Assembly: GCA_964635565.1 (NCBI GenBank)
Contig: CAZWON010000006.1
Coordinates: forward strand, 10,837 to 74,836
Source of the DNA: an uncultured Planctomycetia bacterium
GTDB taxonomy: Bacteria > Omnitrophota > Gorgyraeia > Duberdicusellales > 4484-171
Direction: 5' to 3'
Length of the DNA: 64,000 nucleotides
The notes beneath the pieces were generated by a model. It was given only the letters and a program-made list of their open reading frames with translations, did not search any database and was not told the origin of the DNA. This document shows, in pieces, positions 1 to 9,716 of the stretch (positions within the stretch are counted from its first letter, which is position 1; every line of letters begins with the position of its first letter). Position numbers and translations under genes: made by a program.

Positions 1-524
1 CCACCATTTACATAAGAAAGGTCTAGTCCTGCTAAATTAATTTCATATTTCTGCCATTCTTTAGTTAACCTTAAGGGACCATACTCTTTACTTACAGTAT
101 CAGGATATTTTACAGCCTCGCCAGCAGGAGTAGTCTGAATTCCTCCCACTTTAACCAAAGTAATTACTTCTCCGCCATCTTTCCCTCTTGCCCAAAAGGT
201 AAGTTTGTTAAACCCTGTCAAATCAAAACCTGTCTGTTTGTCTCCCCAGTTATTGGAAGAGGACTGCCAATAGATACCCGCCCATCCTTGCTGTTGAGAA
301 CGCTGGGCAGTATAAGTAACTTTTATGCAGGTAGAACCAGAAAAGGGCGACTCCTGGGATTGGTCATTAAATTTTAAATCTCCGTAGTCTCCCATCCATC
401 CACTTGGGATAAAACGATTCGTAGGAGAATTTTTATCTGTGTAGATATAAAATTTGTCCAGACAAAAAGCACTCACGGTAAATATCAATAAAAATATACT
501 CATTATACTTACTACTCTTTTCAT
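1..524 (-). CDS. Secreted hypothetical protein, 3'-truncated by the window edge. Possibly a carbohydrate-binding or glycan-associated protein.
   Basis: ATG at 524..522 (minus strand) with a GGAGG RBS 7 nt upstream (cctcc at 531..535). The frame stays open to position 1. Own translation begins MKRVVSIMSIFLLIFTVSAFC (signal peptide) and is W/G-rich (GWAGIYWQSSSNNWGD). It is not in the ORF track, presumably because it is truncated. Confidence 0.55.
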   Translation of the reverse strand, partial: MKRVVSIMSIFLLIFTVSAFCLDKFYIYTDKNSPTNRFIPSGWMGDYGDLKFNDQSQESPFSGSTCIKVTYTAQRSQQQGWAGIYWQSSSNNWGDKQTGFDLTGFNKLTFWARGKDGGEVITLVKVGGIQTTPAGEAVKYPDTVSKEYGPLRLTKEWQKYEINLAGLDLSYVNG

Positions 525-530
525 TTTACC

Positions 531-535
531 TCCTC
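531..535 (-). promoter_or_regulatory. Shine-Dalgarno GGAGG for the truncated first gene
   Basis: cctcc on the plus strand, 7 nt upstream of the ATG at 524..522. Confidence 0.6.
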
Positions 536-591
536 CTTTTTTGATTTTCTTTTTTCTAAAGAAATTTTTGGAAATCCACCACCTCCTTCTT

Positions 592-2883
592 TTAATTATT
601 CCATAACCCTTGATAGGTGAAATAAGCTTTTTTTAGCTGGCGCAGAAATGGTGAATGCTTACCATCTCCTTGAGAACATATGCCCAGCCACTCCTCATGC
701 ATATAGCCATCTAAAAAAGGACCGGCAAAAAGACCCTTTCGGTCATGATAGCTAGGCTCATACGCTTTCCACCATTCATCTAACCACTCAAAAGCAATCC
801 CACCAATAGCATTACCTGCGCCAAAACCACAAGAATTGTAATAAATATCCCACCAGGCATTACGATGATACTCAGCCTGATAATCTTCGCTTTCCTCCTC
901 GGTATAATTTTTATAATAGGAAGGAGCACCGTATTCTGTAATCATCGCAGGCTTATGAGCCACTCTTTTTACTTCATCCCATAAGTCCAAAAATCCATAG
1001 CTACCTCTATAGGCGTTTGTTCCAAAAATGTCTATATCAGGACAACACCGAGCAAAAATATCCAAGTACAATATGTCACCAGAAGCAATTGCTACAGGTC
1101 TTTTTAAAGGGTCAAGTTTTTTAATAAGTCGGGCAGCCTCATTGGCGAATTTAAAAAAACTCTCTGGCTTCTTATCAGCATTGCACCCTAAACCATAAAC
1201 ATTTTCATTGCCTAAAATCCACATAAGAACATAAGGTTCATCTTTGAACTCCTCTACCATCTCCTTTACACTCTCTAACATCTTCTTTTTCTCCCCTGTA
1301 TCATCATAATCAGTGCCTTTCTCCCAGGTTGCTCCGCTTCCCAAGGCATATTTACCTAAAAAATCACCCAGAAGTATATATATACCATATTTTTCATACA
1401 TTTGTCTAAATAGGCTCTTGTTCAACTTAAAGGGGTGATGATATACACGAATAGCATTTACTCCCATTTCCTTCATTAGTTTAAAATCTCCTACAGATTT
1501 CTCGTCCTTATCCTGAGTATTATCTCTGTCTTTATCTACCCAAGCCTCAAAAGGAGCATCAATTAACCCATTATTATTTGTATCTTGAGTGGTCCAGTTC
1601 TGCAATGTCCCCTCGTCAGGAGATTCTCCTACCCGGGTAGGAGCATAAGTTACTGCTTTAATTATAAAAGGCTCATTATCCACCAATAACTGCCAATCAC
1701 CATCTTCATATCTTAGGAGTTTAACTTTATCTCCTCCTCTTACTTCCACTACCTTTTGTGTCTTTCTTTTCTTAAGTTTATTATTGTATAAACATAACTT
1801 TTTTAAAAAAGACCTCTTAACCAATCTACCCGGATTAACAATAAACTCATCATTTCTTATATCGTGGTCAAAACCATTCACCACCTCAATATAAGCATCC
1901 TCAAGGTAAAGATTTAACTCAGGATATTTTCTTAAAAGATATTTAATTCTATAAAGGGCTACCTTGCCTATATACCACGGTGTCTGCCAGTATGTCCATC
2001 CTACCGCATGAGGAAAATGTACGACCACCGCATAATAAGCTTTTATTGCCTGTTTGATTAAACCACTCCTTTCTAAAATATCTCCAATATAAAACTGTCT
2101 TACTCCTTGGGGCTCACCAGCTATATTCCACTTATAAAAAGCACGGGCTAAGTCTCTTGAATTAAGTATCTTCCAGTGATCAAGAGAAAACAATTCCTTC
2201 TTTATTTTGACAAAATTAGGGTCAAATTTAAGAGAACTGGTATTAGGATAAATCCCCTCGCCTACTGCCTTAGAGAGACCTATTGGATCCTCGATTATAT
2301 ATTTATAATCTTTTCTACCTATACCTACAAATTTACCATACTTAGCATAGTTTACAGGAAACTCTTCTCCTTCGTCATAAAGCTTAACTTTAGTAATAAC
2401 TATTTTTTCTTTTTTTTCCTCTTCAATGATTTTCCCTGTCTCTAACTTCTTCAAGGTAATTTCGGCCTTCTCTTTTATAGACCAAAACCACCCCCGAGGA
2501 TCCCATGCCTGGGCAAAAGGATATTTTTCTATCACTTTACGAAACACTTCTTTTGCCTCTTTAAGCTTTCCCTCCCGCATAAGAGCCTCGCCCTTAATAA
2601 AGTAACAAATAGCAACATCATTCATTACCTTATAAAAACTCTCCTTATCTTGGGGAGGGAAATTATTTAAAGTTTCAGCAAGTTTATCTGCTTCGTAAGA
2701 AAATTTGTCAATACAGGCTTTGGTTAAGGAGTAAACTTCACTAAAATTACGCTTGCCTAATTCTGACCAAGCTTTACTTACATACTCATAAGATGCCACC
2801 TCACTGCAAAATACAAATTTCAAACTCCAAAATGCAAAAATGCATATCAAAATGCAAAATTTTAATTTTGTTTTTTTTATCAT
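592..2883 (-). CDS. Secreted clan GH-A (TIM-barrel) glycoside hydrolase, GH2/GH5-like, with an N-terminal TPR-like region
   Basis: N-terminal signal peptide. Motifs NAIRVYHHP, WILGNENVYG (acid/base NE) and MITEYG (nucleophile TE-G) are typical of clan GH-A. It sits directly upstream of a sugar ABC importer. Confidence 0.55.
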   Translation of the reverse strand: MIKKTKLKFCILICIFAFWSLKFVFCSEVASYEYVSKAWSELGKRNFSEVYSLTKACIDKFSYEADKLAETLNNFPPQDKESFYKVMNDVAICYFIKGEALMREGKLKEAKEVFRKVIEKYPFAQAWDPRGWFWSIKEKAEITLKKLETGKIIEEEKKEKIVITKVKLYDEGEEFPVNYAKYGKFVGIGRKDYKYIIEDPIGLSKAVGEGIYPNTSSLKFDPNFVKIKKELFSLDHWKILNSRDLARAFYKWNIAGEPQGVRQFYIGDILERSGLIKQAIKAYYAVVVHFPHAVGWTYWQTPWYIGKVALYRIKYLLRKYPELNLYLEDAYIEVVNGFDHDIRNDEFIVNPGRLVKRSFLKKLCLYNNKLKKRKTQKVVEVRGGDKVKLLRYEDGDWQLLVDNEPFIIKAVTYAPTRVGESPDEGTLQNWTTQDTNNNGLIDAPFEAWVDKDRDNTQDKDEKSVGDFKLMKEMGVNAIRVYHHPFKLNKSLFRQMYEKYGIYILLGDFLGKYALGSGATWEKGTDYDDTGEKKKMLESVKEMVEEFKDEPYVLMWILGNENVYGLGCNADKKPESFFKFANEAARLIKKLDPLKRPVAIASGDILYLDIFARCCPDIDIFGTNAYRGSYGFLDLWDEVKRVAHKPAMITEYGAPSYYKNYTEEESEDYQAEYHRNAWWDIYYNSCGFGAGNAIGGIAFEWLDEWWKAYEPSYHDRKGLFAGPFLDGYMHEEWLGICSQGDGKHSPFLRQLKKAYFTYQGLWNN

Positions 2884-3716
2884 CCTACTAATGCTCCTGC
2901 AGTAAGCCCTTTTACAAATTGCTGTTGCATTCGTACATAGAGAAGAATTATAGGAAGGGCCGCTACTGTAAGAGCTGCCATTATAAGGGTGTGCTGAGTA
3001 ACCATTCTATTAGAAAATTCCATTAATCCAACCTGAAGGGGCATAAGATTATCATTAGTAAACATTAAAGACGCCAAGACAAATTCATTCCATACATTCA
3101 AAGCATTAAAAATAACTACCACTGCCAGCGCAGGAGCAACCAAGGGTAAACCTACATGCCACCATATCCGCAATTTATTACATCCGTCGATGCGGGCAGC
3201 ATCTTCTAAGTCACGAGGCAACTGGTCAAAGAAAGTCTTAAGAAGATAAATGCTTAAAGAAAGTCCCATATTAGTCATTGCCAGAACATAACCTGTACGA
3301 TTAAGAAGGTGCAACTGTTTTAACAGAATATATACCGGCACAAAACCCGCAGGTAAAGGAATCATCATTGCTGTAAGAAACATATAAAATATAACATTTT
3401 TGCCAGGAAATTGCAAACGGCTGAAGCTGTATGCTGACAGAGAAGAAACAAGTACAATAAGAAGAACAGTAATAAAAGTATAAAAAATACTATTTAAAAA
3501 ATAACGCCAAAAACCTTCTTTTAAAATAACTTCCTTATAGTTATCCCAATTGAGACGGCGAGGAAATTTCAGTCCATAATCACTGTTGAACTCCTTTTGA
3601 TCTTTAAAAGAAACATTAATCATCCATAAAAAAGGGAAAATACAACTTAAAGCAACGCTTAGAAGAAAAGCATGGAGAACAATGATAATAACTACTTTTT
3701 TAGCTTGATAATACAC
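2880..3716 (-). CDS. Carbohydrate ABC transporter permease (MalG/UgpE-like)
   Basis: Six-TM profile. EAA loop DLEDAARIDGCNKLRIWWHVGLPL. Overlaps neighbouring genes, consistent with an operon. Confidence 0.85.
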   Translation of the reverse strand: MYYQAKKVVIIIVLHAFLLSVALSCIFPFLWMINVSFKDQKEFNSDYGLKFPRRLNWDNYKEVILKEGFWRYFLNSIFYTFITVLLIVLVSSLSAYSFSRLQFPGKNVIFYMFLTAMMIPLPAGFVPVYILLKQLHLLNRTGYVLAMTNMGLSLSIYLLKTFFDQLPRDLEDAARIDGCNKLRIWWHVGLPLVAPALAVVVIFNALNVWNEFVLASLMFTNDNLMPLQVGLMEFSNRMVTQHTLIMAALTVAALPIILLYVRMQQQFVKGLTAGALVG

Positions 3717-4596
3717 CGTATTTTTCTCTTATTTTTTTAGAAATAAAAAACATTGTAAAAGATACTATTACTAAAATTATTCCCAAGATTAACCCTTCGG
3801 CTGCTGCTAAGCCTGCAATATTATGCCTGAGGTGGTCATAAATCACCATTACAGGCACAGTGGTAAGCCCCCCTGCCCCTCCAGTTAAAGCCAGAATCAT
3901 TGCAAAAGCCTGCATTGTCCCTAAAATAGTCAATACCACAACTAAAGTAATTACAGGCATAAGAAGAGGAAAAGTAATTCTTATAAAGCATTGCCATGCG
4001 CTAGCTCCATCAATACGCGCGGCTTCATAAAGCTGTTCAGGGATACTCTGTAAACCTGCCAATAAAATTACAAAAGCCCAACCAAACCCCTTCCAGCAAT
4101 GGACAAGAGCAGTTATAAGACGCACACGTTCGGTTCCTAACCAGCTTTCTGTCATAAAACCCAGTCCTATATTATGGAGTAAATGATTTAGCACATCTCT
4201 TCCTATAGGTTCTCCTGCTAAAAACTGTTTCATAAGAAGACCGATTATAATCTCAGAAAGCACAGGAAGAATAAAAAATACAATACGGTAAAACTTTCTT
4301 AACCTTATTATTTTATCTACTCCCAAAGCTAACATAAACGCTAGAATATTCTGAAAGGTTAACGCCCAAAAAGTAATAAAAGCACCATTATACATTGAAG
4401 ACCACCAGTCAGGGGAGGTAAAAACCACTTTAAAATTGCTCCAACCTATAAATTGAGGAGGAGAAATCAAGTCATTTTCTTGAAAACTGAGAATAAAAGT
4501 ATAGAAAAAAGGATAAACCCAAAAGATAGTAAAAATAAAAAGAGCGGGGATAATAAAAGAAAAATTTACTGTCTTCTCTTTAACAGCGAGGTTCAT
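3700..4596 (-). CDS. Carbohydrate ABC transporter permease (MalF/UgpA-like)
   Basis: EAA loop YEAARIDGASAWQCFIRITFPLL. Multi-TM protein. Confidence 0.85.
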   Translation of the reverse strand: MNLAVKEKTVNFSFIIPALFIFTIFWVYPFFYTFILSFQENDLISPPQFIGWSNFKVVFTSPDWWSSMYNGAFITFWALTFQNILAFMLALGVDKIIRLRKFYRIVFFILPVLSEIIIGLLMKQFLAGEPIGRDVLNHLLHNIGLGFMTESWLGTERVRLITALVHCWKGFGWAFVILLAGLQSIPEQLYEAARIDGASAWQCFIRITFPLLMPVITLVVVLTILGTMQAFAMILALTGGAGGLTTVPVMVIYDHLRHNIAGLAAAEGLILGIILVIVSFTMFFISKKIREKYGVLSS

Positions 4597-5885
4597 CGAT
4601 GAATTCTTTCCTTTATCTTCTGAATATCTTTAGCAATTTCTTCAGGATCTTTAATACCCATAACAACCTGTTGTAATCCTCTATTTATAACCTCAATAAC
4701 TTGGGAATGCTCATTTTTGGGCCAAATATCAGGATGGGTAAAGGAACCAAATTCACTAGTTAAATTCTTAAGTACAAGAGGAAGTTCCTCCTCGCAATTC
4801 TTTACAGAAGGTAAATTGTTGGTTTCTTTTATGAGAGTTTTCTGTTGTTCTCTGGCAGTAAGCCATCTTAAGAATTTGACTGCTTTTTCTTTATTGAAAG
4901 AGCGAGCATTAACCATAAAGGAAGAACCTGCTCCACCCCAAACCTTAACAGGAAACTCATCAGAAACTTTAGGCAAAGGAAAAAAAGCATAATCAAGGTT
5001 GGGTGCTAATTTTCTATATACATTTACTGCCCAGCTTCCATTAAAAGAAAAAGCTGCTTTTTCTTTAGAAAAGGCGTCTTCTGCTTCTTTATTAGTCATT
5101 GTGGCAATACCTTCTGCAAGTATTCCTGCTTCACGCAATATGGCAAAATAAGAAAATACTTTTATCCAATCACTATCAGTATAAGGTATCTTTCCTTCTA
5201 TTGTTTGCAAAAATTTCTTCTCGCCCATCAGGTTTATCGCCCACTCTGTAGCTAAAGCATTAAGCAACCAACCCTCTCCCCATCCACAAACAAAACCATC
5301 TACTCCCAATTTATTTTTAACTATCTTAGCGTCATTAATAAACTCTTCGAAAGTTTGAGGGGGAGTATCCGGATCTAAACCAGCTTTCTTAAAAAGAGTC
5401 CTATTATATATAAAACTAAGAAGAGTAGTGTCAATGGGAACTCCATATATACCAGGTTTAATGTTATAGGTATTGTTATCTTTAAAAACTACCAGACGTA
5501 AGGTTTGAGGATAAAATATTTTTTGCCAAGAAGAATCATTCTCTTTCATATAAGGTGTTAAATCAAGAATGTGACCAGCTTTTATAAAAGAAGCAAAGGT
5601 TCTTTTTTCGCCCAAAATACCAAAAATATCAGGTAAGGTTCCTGCTCTTGCTGCAGCAATTACCTTCTGAGAATATATATCAGGAGGAAAAAAAAGCTTG
5701 AACTCTACATTTATGCCACTCTCCTTTTCATATTCCTTAGCCAATTTCTGAAATGCATCCTGGCGGTCAACCATCCAGTGCCAGATAATAAGTTTCTCCT
5801 TGGTGGGTTTATGAGAAGAAGTACATCCTGAAGTAATGATAAAAAGACAAAGTAAGATTTTTCCCCACTTACCTTTCTTTAACAT
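4593..5885 (-). CDS. Extracellular solute-binding lipoprotein of the sugar ABC transporter
   Basis: Signal peptide with lipobox (LFIITSGC). Length of about 430 aa fits family-1 solute-binding proteins. First gene of the permease operon. Confidence 0.8.
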   Translation of the reverse strand: MLKKGKWGKILLCLFIITSGCTSSHKPTKEKLIIWHWMVDRQDAFQKLAKEYEKESGINVEFKLFFPPDIYSQKVIAAARAGTLPDIFGILGEKRTFASFIKAGHILDLTPYMKENDSSWQKIFYPQTLRLVVFKDNNTYNIKPGIYGVPIDTTLLSFIYNRTLFKKAGLDPDTPPQTFEEFINDAKIVKNKLGVDGFVCGWGEGWLLNALATEWAINLMGEKKFLQTIEGKIPYTDSDWIKVFSYFAILREAGILAEGIATMTNKEAEDAFSKEKAAFSFNGSWAVNVYRKLAPNLDYAFFPLPKVSDEFPVKVWGGAGSSFMVNARSFNKEKAVKFLRWLTAREQQKTLIKETNNLPSVKNCEEELPLVLKNLTSEFGSFTHPDIWPKNEHSQVIEVINRGLQQVVMGIKDPEEIAKDIQKIKERIHR

Positions 5886-6246
5886 ACTATCTCCTCGGCA
5901 ATAAGAGCTAATAGTTTATCATAATTATAAAAATATTGCAATAGATGTAAAAAATGCATAGTGTCAAGAAAAGTGTGTAAATTCTTGGCCAAATAAACAA
6001 AAAAAGCTATACCCTCTTATATAAGGAAAGAAGGAAAAGTATAGCCTATGAAACAAGTAAATTTTGATGCTGGTAAAATTTACCCCTAAGATGAAGCGGG
6101 GGTTAAAGAAATTCTACCGAATGTATCCTGACCCATTAAGACATTACTGACTCAAACGTTATTGTATCAGAATAAATGTTTAATTTTGGATGTCCGATGT
6201 CGAAATTAAATTTTTCTTTATTTCTGGAAAATAAAAGAAACTCATT

Positions 6247-6930
6247 TTAGAATAACATTCTATGTAACTTAAGAAAATTCTTCATATCTTCTGGTAAATC
6301 TATCCTTATCTCTACTGTCTCTCTACTTATAGGATGAATAAAGCTTAAAAAAGAAGCATGTAAAGCAAGACGCTTAAAATCAACTCCCTTATATTTTTTT
6401 TCTTTAATAACAAAATCTTTCCTAAAAGCATATTTACGTTCTCCCAGGATAGGTGTTCTGCGTTTAGCCAGCTGAATTCTAAGCTGATTAGTTCTTCCTG
6501 TTAAGGGAATAAGTTTTATCAAACTGAACTCTTGAAAACTTTCTATAAGCTCATAGTATGCCTTGGCTCTCTTTCTTTTCTCGCCGAAACGCGCACCTTC
6601 CTTATCTAAAATATAATCATCAAAAAAACCTTTTTTGTTCTTCAAACTTCCTTTTATAAAAGCGAAATATTCTTTTTTAACTAACCTCTTTCTAAATTGT
6701 TCCATAATTTTCTTTTGAATATCTTTGTTTTTAGCATAAACAATCAAGCCTGTGGTCTCTCTATCTAAACGATGGCAGGGATAAACGGTCTCTTTCAATG
6801 CGCTCTCTAAAATAGAAGTTAAGGTATACTTTTCTCTTTTAGGGGAAGGATGAACCAATAGCTTTGCTCTCTTATTTATAACTAATACATATTCATCGTT
6901 AAATAATACTTCAAATGCTCTTTTAACCAC
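6247..6930 (-). CDS. RNA pseudouridine synthase, RluA family
   Basis: Catalytic motif HRLDRETTGLIVYAKN with the Asp. Length about 227 aa. Confidence 0.85.
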   Translation of the reverse strand: MVKRAFEVLFNDEYVLVINKRAKLLVHPSPKREKYTLTSILESALKETVYPCHRLDRETTGLIVYAKNKDIQKKIMEQFRKRLVKKEYFAFIKGSLKNKKGFFDDYILDKEGARFGEKRKRAKAYYELIESFQEFSLIKLIPLTGRTNQLRIQLAKRRTPILGERKYAFRKDFVIKEKKYKGVDFKRLALHASFLSFIHPISRETVEIRIDLPEDMKNFLKLHRMLF

Positions 6931-6936
6931 TTTTTA

Positions 6937-8505
6937 TTATTCCTTCTTTAAAAAAAGAAATTCTATTTCTTTTTTTAAATCTTTTTTTAAAATTTTCCCC
7001 GTGGCATTTTTAGGAAGGCTATCTTTTACAATCACTTTGAGAGGAACTTTATAAGAAGCAAGATTTGCCCGTAAATATTTAATAAGCTCTCTTGTATCTA
7101 TATTTTCTCCTACCACAAAAACAACAGGAACTTCTCCCCGATGAGGATGACTTATACCAACACAAGCTACTTCTTTAACATCGGGATGCTTATATATTAA
7201 TTCTTCAATTTCTCGAGGATACACATTAAGCCCACGGACATTAATCATCTCCTTCTTCCGTCCTTTAATATAAATATATCCTTCTCTATCAATCGAAGCC
7301 AAATCTCCAGTATAAAGCCACCCACCCCTTAAAACATTTTCTGTCTCCTTACCTAAACGGTAATATCCTTTCATAATACTGGGGCCTTTAACTAAGAGTT
7401 CGCCTACGCCCTTCGATAAACTCTTTCCCTCGTTATTCACAATTTTTACGCTTAAAGAATCTAAGGGTATTCCTACAGAAGATGGCTTTCTTTTTTTCAA
7501 AGGATTTAAAGAAACTACAGGAGAGGCCTCTGTTAAACCATAGCCTTCCAGAAGAGGCCTTTTAAATTTTTTTTCAAATTGCTTTAAAACATCCCTTGAT
7601 AATGCTGCTGCACCAGAAATATATACCCTTACAGGGTTAAAAAGTATTATTCCTATATGTTTATACCAAGGAATTCTTATCTGGGATAAAATATTATATA
7701 CAGAAGGAACTGCAACAAATACTGTAACTCTATTTTTAAATACTGCCCTCAATACCCTCTTAAAAGGCCGAATCGCTCGCATAAGAACAATCTTCGCTCC
7801 TTTATAAAAAGGAAGCAACATACACACTGTAGAAGCAAAAGAATGAAAAAGAGGCAAAATACACAAAAAAGAGTCCTTTTGTGTAACTCTTATAGCATAA
7901 GAACAATCTCTTATATTAGAAATGAGATTTCGGTGAGTTAAACATGCTCCCTTGGGACGACCAGTGGTACCAGAGGTATAAATTATTTCTGCAATATCAT
8001 CAGGTTTAAGCTTGTTTTTAAAAAAAGGACCGTCTTCTTTAAGAAGCTCATAAAAGTTCTTCACAGAAGCATCATTAGACCGGGGGACGCAAATAAGATA
8101 TTTAAGAGAACTGACGCGAGAAAGAATTACCTTAGATGCCTCTAGTTTATCAATAGATAGAATAAGAATAGTACATTTAGAATCTTCTATGATAAATTTA
8201 GCTTCTTCTCTTTTAAAAAGATTATTTATAGGAACAACTATTGCTCCCAGAGAAAGAATGGCAAAATAAGAATAGATGAATTCAGGACAATTAGGAAGCC
8301 ATAAGCATACCTTATCTTCTTTTCTTACTCCCAAATGATAAAGTGCATGAGAAAATCTCAACGATATTTCTCTTATCTTTCCATAAGTAACCTTTTTTGC
8401 TCCAAAAATAATAGTTTCTTTTTTAGAGAAAGTCTCAGTTATCTCATAAAACATCTCTACTAAGTTAGACATTTTCTTCTCTTTTATCTTCTTCTCCCAC
8501 CACAT
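6937..8505 (-). CDS. AMP-dependent synthetase/ligase (long-chain fatty acid--CoA ligase-like)
   Basis: AMP-binding motif YTSGTTGRPKG. Also YGLTE and the C-terminal lysine region GWLYTGDLASIDREGYIYIKGRKKE. Confidence 0.85.
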   Translation of the reverse strand: MWWEKKIKEKKMSNLVEMFYEITETFSKKETIIFGAKKVTYGKIREISLRFSHALYHLGVRKEDKVCLWLPNCPEFIYSYFAILSLGAIVVPINNLFKREEAKFIIEDSKCTILILSIDKLEASKVILSRVSSLKYLICVPRSNDASVKNFYELLKEDGPFFKNKLKPDDIAEIIYTSGTTGRPKGACLTHRNLISNIRDCSYAIRVTQKDSFLCILPLFHSFASTVCMLLPFYKGAKIVLMRAIRPFKRVLRAVFKNRVTVFVAVPSVYNILSQIRIPWYKHIGIILFNPVRVYISGAAALSRDVLKQFEKKFKRPLLEGYGLTEASPVVSLNPLKKRKPSSVGIPLDSLSVKIVNNEGKSLSKGVGELLVKGPSIMKGYYRLGKETENVLRGGWLYTGDLASIDREGYIYIKGRKKEMINVRGLNVYPREIEELIYKHPDVKEVACVGISHPHRGEVPVVFVVGENIDTRELIKYLRANLASYKVPLKVIVKDSLPKNATGKILKKDLKKEIEFLFLKKE

Positions 8506-8523
8506 TTCTGAATTAATTATAAT

Positions 8524-8874
8524 TTACTTTAATGTATTTTTAGGAGTAAATATCTTGCACCACATCAATCCCGTAATGCTACCGAGAGTACTCACAATAA
8601 TATCTTTAAAATCAAAAGAACGATAGGGCAAAAAATACTGAACAACTTCAACAAAAATTCCTAAAAACAAAGCATAGAAGAAACTTTTTATGTATTTAGC
8701 AGAGGTAAATGCTGACATACAAAAATATACTAAAATAAGATAGAGAAAATAGTGAAATATTTTATCCACAGGGAATTCTTCAAATTGGGGGATTCTTTTT
8801 AGAGGCAAAAAAGAAACAAAAAGAATAAATAAAGAATAAATAATTACTATTTTTTTAGCAGTATTATTTTTCAT
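8524..8874 (-). CDS. VanZ-like small membrane protein
   Basis: Three to four TM segments. DKxxHxxxY-like motif (DKIFHYFLY) and a C-terminal D..S..GS..G pattern. Confidence 0.45.
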   Translation of the reverse strand: MKNNTAKKIVIIYSLFILFVSFLPLKRIPQFEEFPVDKIFHYFLYLILVYFCMSAFTSAKYIKSFFYALFLGIFVEVVQYFLPYRSFDFKDIIVSTLGSITGLMWCKIFTPKNTLK

Positions 8875-8895
8875 AACTATCTACAATATATATAG

Positions 8896-9651
8896 TTATG
8901 GCAATGACAAAGTGAATCCATCATAGGCAAATTTTACCATAGGAAAATCCTTCCTTATCTTTCCTTCAATAATGTGGGGTTTAGCGCGAAGCATACTCAT
9001 TCCAAAATGGGTAAATATTGCAGTCTTCGGTTTTATTTCTTTTACCAACTTTAAAGCCTCATCTAAACAGAGATGGTCATAATCGCTTCGAGGCTGGTAA
9101 AAAACAACATTAATCACTAATACCGTAGAATCTTTATAAGCATCAATTAAATCGGAAAGATACTTTGTATCGGAGATAAAGGAAACTTTCTCTTTATCAA
9201 AACAAAACTTTAAACCATATGTTTCTACAGAATGCACATTCCTAAATGGGACAGAAAAATTAATATCTCCTATAGAATATTCGCCTTTTTTTATCACAAC
9301 TATCTTATCTAAGTAATTTTTTAAATAAGAAAAAACTACTCCTTCATTACCTACTGCATCAGAAGGAGCAAATAATATCCCTCTTTTGCGATATCCTCCC
9401 TCTGTCATCGCTTCAATCATTATATTAACATCTCCGGAATGATCGAGATGTTTATGAGTTAAAATAATAGCATCTAAATTAGTAGGGTCAAGATGGGGAC
9501 GGGTATGATTACACCGCACAATTGCCCCTGGACCAGGATCTATAATAAGATTGGTAGATTTATAATTTATCCAAACTCCTGCTGAGGAACGCAATTGTCT
9601 TATCATTACGAACCTTGCTCCTGCTGTTCCCAAAAACTTTATAAATCCCAT
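8896..9651 (-). CDS. MBL-fold metallo-hydrolase
   Basis: N-terminal FLGTAGA. HxHxDH motif THKHLDHSGD. Confidence 0.8.
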   Translation of the reverse strand: MGFIKFLGTAGARFVMIRQLRSSAGVWINYKSTNLIIDPGPGAIVRCNHTRPHLDPTNLDAIILTHKHLDHSGDVNIMIEAMTEGGYRKRGILFAPSDAVGNEGVVFSYLKNYLDKIVVIKKGEYSIGDINFSVPFRNVHSVETYGLKFCFDKEKVSFISDTKYLSDLIDAYKDSTVLVINVVFYQPRSDYDHLCLDEALKLVKEIKPKTAIFTHFGMSMLRAKPHIIEGKIRKDFPMVKFAYDGFTLSLP

Positions 9652-9716
9652 CGATACTTTCCTTAAAACATAAAAGAGAATAGCTAATAAATTTTAATTT
9701 ATTTGATTCTGCGTCC

